The notes beneath the pieces were generated by a model that searched no databases, had not been told where the DNA came from, and saw only the letters and a program-made list of their open reading frames with translations. From assembly GCA_963693365.1 (NCBI GenBank), contig CAVNZM010000002.1:2744259-2808258 (forward strand): a DNA stretch of 64,000 bases, written 5' to 3'. Position numbers and translations under genes: made by a program. The stretch comes from Amoebidium appalachense. Taxonomy: Eukaryota; Protista; Ichthyosporea. Positions 54,761-64,000 of the stretch are shown in pieces (position 1 is the stretch's first letter; each line of letters begins with the position of its first letter).

Positions 54761-55756
54761 TGGTTAAACAATGAGCATATTACAGCGTCGTACAGAATAC
54801 TGGGGTGTAGTAGTTTTGTGCAGACGGTGCGAAGGTCTTGGATATGCATACATACATACATACACCACGGGAGGACCCGCAAGTTCTGAGCTGAATGCAA
54901 ATGCCTACACAGAACCACTTTGCGAATCCAAAGAAAATGAATGAATTCAATGGGGGTTTTTGGGTTTTTGCCGTCTAATTGTATACTATGCAGTTCTATC
55001 AGCTAATCTGCTTACTGCTGCAACCGACCTAAAACAGGCATGTGCAGAGCAGATCTCGAGAAATGCCCCTTCCAGGCAGCATGTTGGCCTCACCGTTTCA
55101 GTCAAGCAGCGGGCTAGGGCATCTGATCAGGAGCCGGTTTTCTTAATGAAGAACTAAACTAAACTATAAAAGGTTGATTTATGGGTAGTACCAAAAGCTA
55201 CAAAAGGTGTTCTGTCAGAAGTCAGATGCATTGACGAAGTTCGTGAACGTCGCGATCTGGCATGGACCATGTGCCAGCATGGGCTACTCGACATCGTACG
55301 CAGACGTGTTGGCTGGTGGCTGCTGAAATATTAGAGCAAAACGATTCAATTCATTCACACACAACCATTGAACTGCTCTAACAACATCTAATCTTCCATG
55401 CACATCGTAAATCTCTTCTCGTAGTAAACCTTGTGCAAGTTGCCAGCAAGTTGGCCAACATATTGCATACGGTGTTCTGAAACAAGTGTTGCGCGCTAAG
55501 CCAATCAGCGAGAGGTAGAGCTCTCTAGCCAATAGTAATACGCTTAAGGATTTTCACCATGAGGGGGGTAAAGTGTAAACGGCTTACAGCCACGGGCCCG
55601 CGCATGCGCCTTGTTCAAGAGTCATGAGCACTTCACAACGGCAGTAGGTAGTACATACATAACAAGTTTTCAGTGAAAGTATGATCTTTCTGTTCTTCCC
55701 TATTTTGATAGATAACCGAGAAACCAACAAACTACTATTAACTATCAGTAGATAGA

Positions 55757-58025
<2,269 letters not shown>

Positions 58026-58456
58026 AACACTATAAGACGCATAAGGCAGGAGTAGAGTTAATATCAGTGACGTTCCCATGCCTTGCCTTGATCGGGATGA
58101 TGAGACGCCGGAGCTACTCACCTAGCCGATGGGGCAGGTTTGCACTGTCCGAGTAACCGTGTGTTGTAGATTATCATATTGCATTGCCTGGTATGCAACC
58201 GGGAATAAATCTGGAAGCTGTGTACACGGCCGTACGCAAACTCGTGGAACCCATCTTTATTAAACATAAAAATGTAAACAAGACAAGCTCTTTTTTTTCA
58301 CGGATAGCTACACACACACATACGCACGCACCCACCGCCACCCATCTACCCCTCCCCCCTCCCCCTCCCCCCCCCCCCCCCCCCCCCACGCTTCCCTTAT
58401 CTCCTAAAACAAATACACACACGCATGCACGCACACCGTACCACCACCACCCATCT

Positions 58457-58494
<38 letters not shown>

Positions 58495-59352
58495 CACACA
58501 CACACCGTGAGATACACACACACACACGCGAAGTCACAGATCTCTCGGCACATTTGACACACGGAAGTTCTGTCAGACAGTCACAGGACGGTGCTGGCAC
58601 TTTGGGGGCCGGCTGCCCCGGCTAGCCAGCAGATTTCGACGCAAAAAGGCAGAATTTAAACAGTTGTTTTGCCTTCCCCGAATAATCAGGCTGAATCTTC
58701 AAGAGTCCACTGTATAAGCGTAGTAATGATTCAGCGTATCAATGCGCAATTAAGGCCCCAATGGGTTTAAAAAAAAAAAAAAAAAAACAGAACAGCGAAA
58801 CACGGAAAATAGCAGCCTCCTGTTTTCCGAAGCTTAAGGTTCTTTTGAGGCAGTCTTGACTCGGATTGCTGTTATGAGTTCTTGGATATATTTGTTTGGT
58901 GATGAGCTTTAAGCCAATCACATGAGCGGAAGTGTTTAAAGAAACCAATCAGACGAAGATCTCAACAAAAAGACGTTATCATCAGTATGTACAGACCGAC
59001 AGCGAGTCTCTTGAACCGCGAGCTCTTGTTGTCTTTTACATTTAGAGTTGTGCACTTCATCCTTTCAAACGGTTTGGGAAGCGTATGATATTGTTCCTGG
59101 AACACAAAGTGCAGATAGCATGCGTGCAAACTAACCATAGACACATGAAAGCTCGCTTGGCATAACCGCTGTGCTGTTCAACCAACGCAGTTTGCAGCAA
59201 GTGCATGTGAAAACTCTTCAAGCATCGTAGTCTTTTTCTTTTGTAGCCTTCTGGTCTCAAAGTTGAGTCTGCGTTCTATCCTAAATCCTAGGAGAATGTT
59301 CAGGGCCTGTTCTTATACAGCACATTAGAAAGGGTTAAGACGCCGGGTGAAA

Positions 59353-60809
59353 ATGACCCTACAAGACTACGTGACCCAAGGGACCCTGGAGTCTCATTAC
59401 TCCATCGGCCGGATAGTCGGGGAGGGGGGCTTTTCGGTGGTGCGCATGGGGATCGACAAAGAAACAAAGAAAAGGGTAGCAATCAAGTATGTGCGAAAGA
59501 CTCAGGCAGAGCTAGATTCTGACTTGGAACTCGAGGTAAGAGTGCTGAGAAAATTGAGGAAACATCCAAACATCGTTACCATGTTTGGGCTCTATGAAAA
59601 CCATAGGTTCTACATGCTTGTGATGGAGTATCTAAAGGGAGGTAAGGGATCAGCACCTAGCCCTTAAACCCCCCCCCCCCCCACCCCCCGCCCCCCCTTC
59701 CCTCCCTCCCCCCTTCCCCCCTTCCGCTGGTGCACCCCATCCTCTCTCCCCTGCCACCCAACCCCTTGCCCTTCCCCCGTCCTGCCCACCTCCCCTCCTT
59801 CCCTCCTCCACCATCAGGTCGCCCCTTCCCGTTCCTTGCCCATTCAACCACTACCACCAGTTTAAGTCCGCGAACATCACCCTCCAATCTTTGCTGTCAT
59901 CAACATTCTATAGTCATAGCACATATAGTCAGTGTCAATTGACCAAATACTGCTAGTTGAATTTTTTGTTAAGGGGAATCGTGGAATAGGTGCAATCAGA
60001 GTCTACTGGTTTTGGGTGCCTCCTGTTTTACACAAGGCGAGTGCATTTACAAGCAGACAGTCGAAAGAGAAAGATTCCATATACAGAATCACAATGGAGC
60101 ATGGAACGTACAGCTTCACTAGTGATTGATACTCACACGCGGCCTCCCGTCCTCCACCCCCCCGCCCCCTCCTTTCCTGCTCCCCCCGGTCTTCCAAGTC
60201 AGTGCATAACATGTGCATGCAATTCTGTGCTCATGGTGGGTGTCTGCACATACGGAATACTGGCACCACACGGTCGTGCGCTCGTATATTGTTGCTTTGT
60301 TTGAAGATTCTTAGACATTTTTATCGCCTTGGCCTTATGGTGCTCGAGCTAACACGAGAATTGCTCGTCCATTTTCCTTGCAACAAACGTTCAACACACT
60401 CCCAGTGAGGGGCCCCAACTCACACAGGAATTCTTGCCTTTTCCGTTTCCGACCTTGAAACCTCTTTATCGCCTGAGAAAATGCAACAGAAAATGATTTT
60501 TATCTGTGCACTTTCAGGGGAGCTTTTGGATATTTTGGTGAAGAGGGCGCAGCAGAACCAACCTTACTCGGAGGCCGTGATAGCGCTCATTCTGCGCCAG
60601 GTGCAAACATACACCCCCTCCCCCTCCCCCCTCATCCCTGCCACACCACAAGCACACACACGTACTTGTTCGTATTCTTGTTTCTGATTTTCCTTATGGG
60701 CATTTGATTCTTTACGTTCTACGTTTCCTACATGGATTCTTCTCCCCTCCCCCTCCCCCCAAACACACACACACACACACACACACAACCACCACATGTG
60801 TGTGTGTGT

Positions 60810-60850
<41 letters not shown>

Positions 60851-60931
60851 CGCTGCATGTGGACGTGCACGTGTTTGCACGAGTGTGTGAGCATGTGAGT
60901 GTGCATGTGTGGGTGTGTGTGCGCACGCGCG

Positions 60932-61010
<79 letters not shown>

Positions 61011-61986
61011 TGGATGGGTGATTGGGTGGCTGTGTGTGTTTTTGTGTGTGTGTGTGTGTGCAAAAGGGGCACCGGGGGGAGGGGGGGGAGAGAGAGGGAG
61101 AGAGGCGGGGGGCGGGGGGAGGGGGGATATTCTTATTGAATAAATCGTTCATAAAACACTGCATTCGCCTGTAGGGGCACCTACTGACATAGACGCAGGG
61201 TAGAGAAAACCAGTAGTGTTCCCGTGTTTTTTTAGTGGTCCATCTATCACGGTGCGAGGAAAATTAGGCATTTCCTGTCATTTGCATTTGAGTAGAGCAT
61301 GTGCATTTTATTTTCGCATCAGTACGGAGCATTGATGATACTACCTCACTATCTACTGGTCTCTCAATGTGTACGAGCCAACCAACATTTTTATAAAGAT
61401 ATTTCCCCCATGGCGATTTCTTGCCCTTCCTTCCTTTCTTTCGTTTTCCTCGCTGTTGTTTTAGGTTCGATATTATCGTAACATTCCCGTCATTAGCCCA
61501 TTTGTTAGGCGGCTTACCTAGCAAGCTTTATCTCCATTACGTATTTTGTATCGAACCTACCATGATCATATACCATTGTATTTAAGTTTTATTCCGTTAC
61601 CGCTGCTATGTATACCCTTTTTTGTTGGGGGGGAGGGGGGGGGGGGGGGGGGTGCTGTTTATTACCTACCTACATGTGCCCCCGAACCACCTAACACATT
61701 CCACAGAACAAGGTACAAAACTAGACTCTAGCAACGACATTACGAGATCTACAGCTTATGTAGAGATGCAATATGTTCTTTATACCTGCTATTTATACCT
61801 TTTGTTGCCATATTTAGGTGGTAGATGCAGTGGAGTACTGTCACCGTCACGGGGTGGTGCACCGAGACATTAAGGCCGAAAACGTTTTGGTCAGCAACTG
61901 CGGTTCGCTCGAGTGTGCAGATGACCTGCTTAAGGTGAGTGCTTCCACACGCGCCCCCCATTGTCTTCCCCCCCCCCCCCCCCCCC

Positions 61987-62018
<32 letters not shown>

Positions 62019-62729
62019 ATCGTTTTCTTTCTTCCTTGTGTTCCTTTTGGCTTCTTTACTTTTTGTTCGTTTCTTTTTGGTTCTGCTCTTTTTTTGGGAG
62101 GAATGTTTGGGTTTCTACTTCCCTTTTGGTTGGTTGGTTGGCTTTGTAGTGTGTGTCACACACCCCCCCCCCCCCTCTCCCCCCCCCCCCCCCCCTTCCC
62201 CCTCCCCCCCCCCCCCCTTCCCCCCCCCTGGCCCTCTCCCCCCCCCCCCCCCCCCCCCCGCGCAACTTCCCCACCCAAGCCCCCTTCAGAAAGCCCCCTT
62301 CAGATGGGCTTTGTGTTTATCATGTCTACTTCATGTGCGTGACTTGAAAATCTGCATCCGTTGTCCGGTTGCTTAATGGGGGGAAAAGATGGAAAAAAGA
62401 TCAGTAATAAAGTAACGGTGATTCTAACAGTAACAGTAACAACAACAACAACAAAGCAATGCAACAATATAAATGACGATCATAATCAACCCATCCAGGC
62501 ACCCATCAAGCTCTGTGACTTTGGGCTTGCAGCTGAGATCGAGCCAGGACAGCAGCTGACGGCCGAGTGTGGCACCACGTCATACATGAGCCCTGAGAGG
62601 GTGCTGGCCCAGCCATACGACCAGTCATGCGACATATGGAGCATAGGCATGGCCCCCTACCTCCTTCTCCATTTCAAAGCGCTCATACCCACACACACCG
62701 CGGCACACACTCACTCGGCGCGCGCGCGT

Positions 62730-62801
<72 letters not shown>

Positions 62802-63719
62802 CCACACACGCACACGCCCACACACGCACACATGCGCGCGCACACACATGCATGCACACACGCACTCATGCACGCGCTAATGCACTCTCGCATGCAGGGA
62901 GGGAGGGAGGGAGGGAGGGAGGGAGAGACAGAGAGAAATCGTGAGGAAGAGAGAGAGTTGATTGGGTCGACACCAAAGTACTGTGTGCATGATCTTCCCC
63001 CCCCCCCCGCCCCCTGCCCCCGCGGAGAGGTGAATGGGTCGAAATTCGAATTCTTTGGATGAGTTTGATCCTCCCCCCCCCCCCTCCCCCTCCCCCCCCC
63101 CCCCCCCCCCCCCGTTTCCCCCACAGATCGTAGGCTCTCGGTAGCCTATAATCTATATCTCTCTCTATGTGTGTTCGCTTTGTATGTATAACCACACATC
63201 CCCCCCAACTGCGTATCTGCATTGTGCTTTCGGGTGTGAATTTGTACTTTATACTGTGTGCCACGTTGTAACCTCACATTTTATCAACCCCCCTCCCCCT
63301 CCCCCCCACAAACCCTCACGGTCATACGGCACCCGCATACACGCATGCTTGTACACACACACAAACACACACCCGCAGGCACACACATACACCACACACA
63401 CACACGAACACACATGCATGCACGCGCGCGCGCACACACACACACAGACACACACACACACACACACGCACACACACACACTCACACTCACTCACTCGCA
63501 CGCACGCACACACACACGCACGCACCCACACACACGCACACACACACACACACAGGCGTGCTGGCGTACATTCTCCTTTCAGCCCGGTTTCCGTTCCACG
63601 GAAAGACAGAGGACGAGACGTTCTCTCAGATCACAGATCCAAACACCCCCACCTACGGAAAAGAATTCGAACCCATTTCGAAATCGTGCGTGGATATGCT
63701 CAAATGGATGTTGCAAAAG
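59353..63719 (+). CDS. Ser/Thr protein kinase, CaMK group (partial; continues past the right edge)
   Basis: Exons 59353-59641, 60518-60600, 61818-61934, 62499-62646 and 63556-63719 carry [53 protein letters not shown] and [13 protein letters not shown]. Confidence 0.93.
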
Positions 63720-64000
63720 GTGATTATTCTCTTTCTTTCGTTCTTTCTTTCATTGCTGATTCTTTTTTCGGAAGGGGAGGGGAGGGTGGGGGTGGGGAGA
63801 TAGTTGGGGAGGGAGTTGTGGGGGGGGGGGGGGGGGGGGGGGGGGGGGGCTTAGATAGAGATGCCAGGGATGCATAGATTTTGTCCGGGGTGTAGGAAGG
63901 GGCGAGGGGAGGGATGGGGAAGGGGCTCTTGGGAATGGGGAGGAGAGGGGATCAAGTTGCTTTTTTTTTTTTTTTTTTTTTTTTGGGGGGGGGGGGGGGG

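Overview
Intron-rich eukaryotic DNA, saturated with poly-G/poly-C runs and (CA)n/(GT)n/(CT)n microsatellites, so most of the supplied ORF track is repeat noise. The gene set suggests a unicellular animal relative or other opisthokont (inference). Manual splicing gives these genes: PINCH/LIMS (5 LIM domains, minus strand) with an intronic tRNA-Glu(CTC); a POLE3/DPB4-like histone-fold gene; Enhancer of Polycomb (15 phase-consistent exons, one GC-AG intron); a RhoGEF with two tandem DH-PH cassettes; a bacterial-type 3-methyladenine DNA glycosylase I with one intron; and a CaMK-group kinase running off the right edge. There are also two unidentified multi-exon genes. Non-coding structure includes a ~440-bp fold-back palindrome, a 2-kb hAT-like non-autonomous element, a MITE-like element carrying 14 palindromic units, and a dispersed repeat family whose copies share one end at G/C homopolymers. 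The most unusual signal is splice-site architecture: several acceptors are pure (CA)n-AG with no pyrimidine tract, and many donors are followed closely by sense-strand C-runs. All gene models were built by hand and need RNA-seq confirmation.
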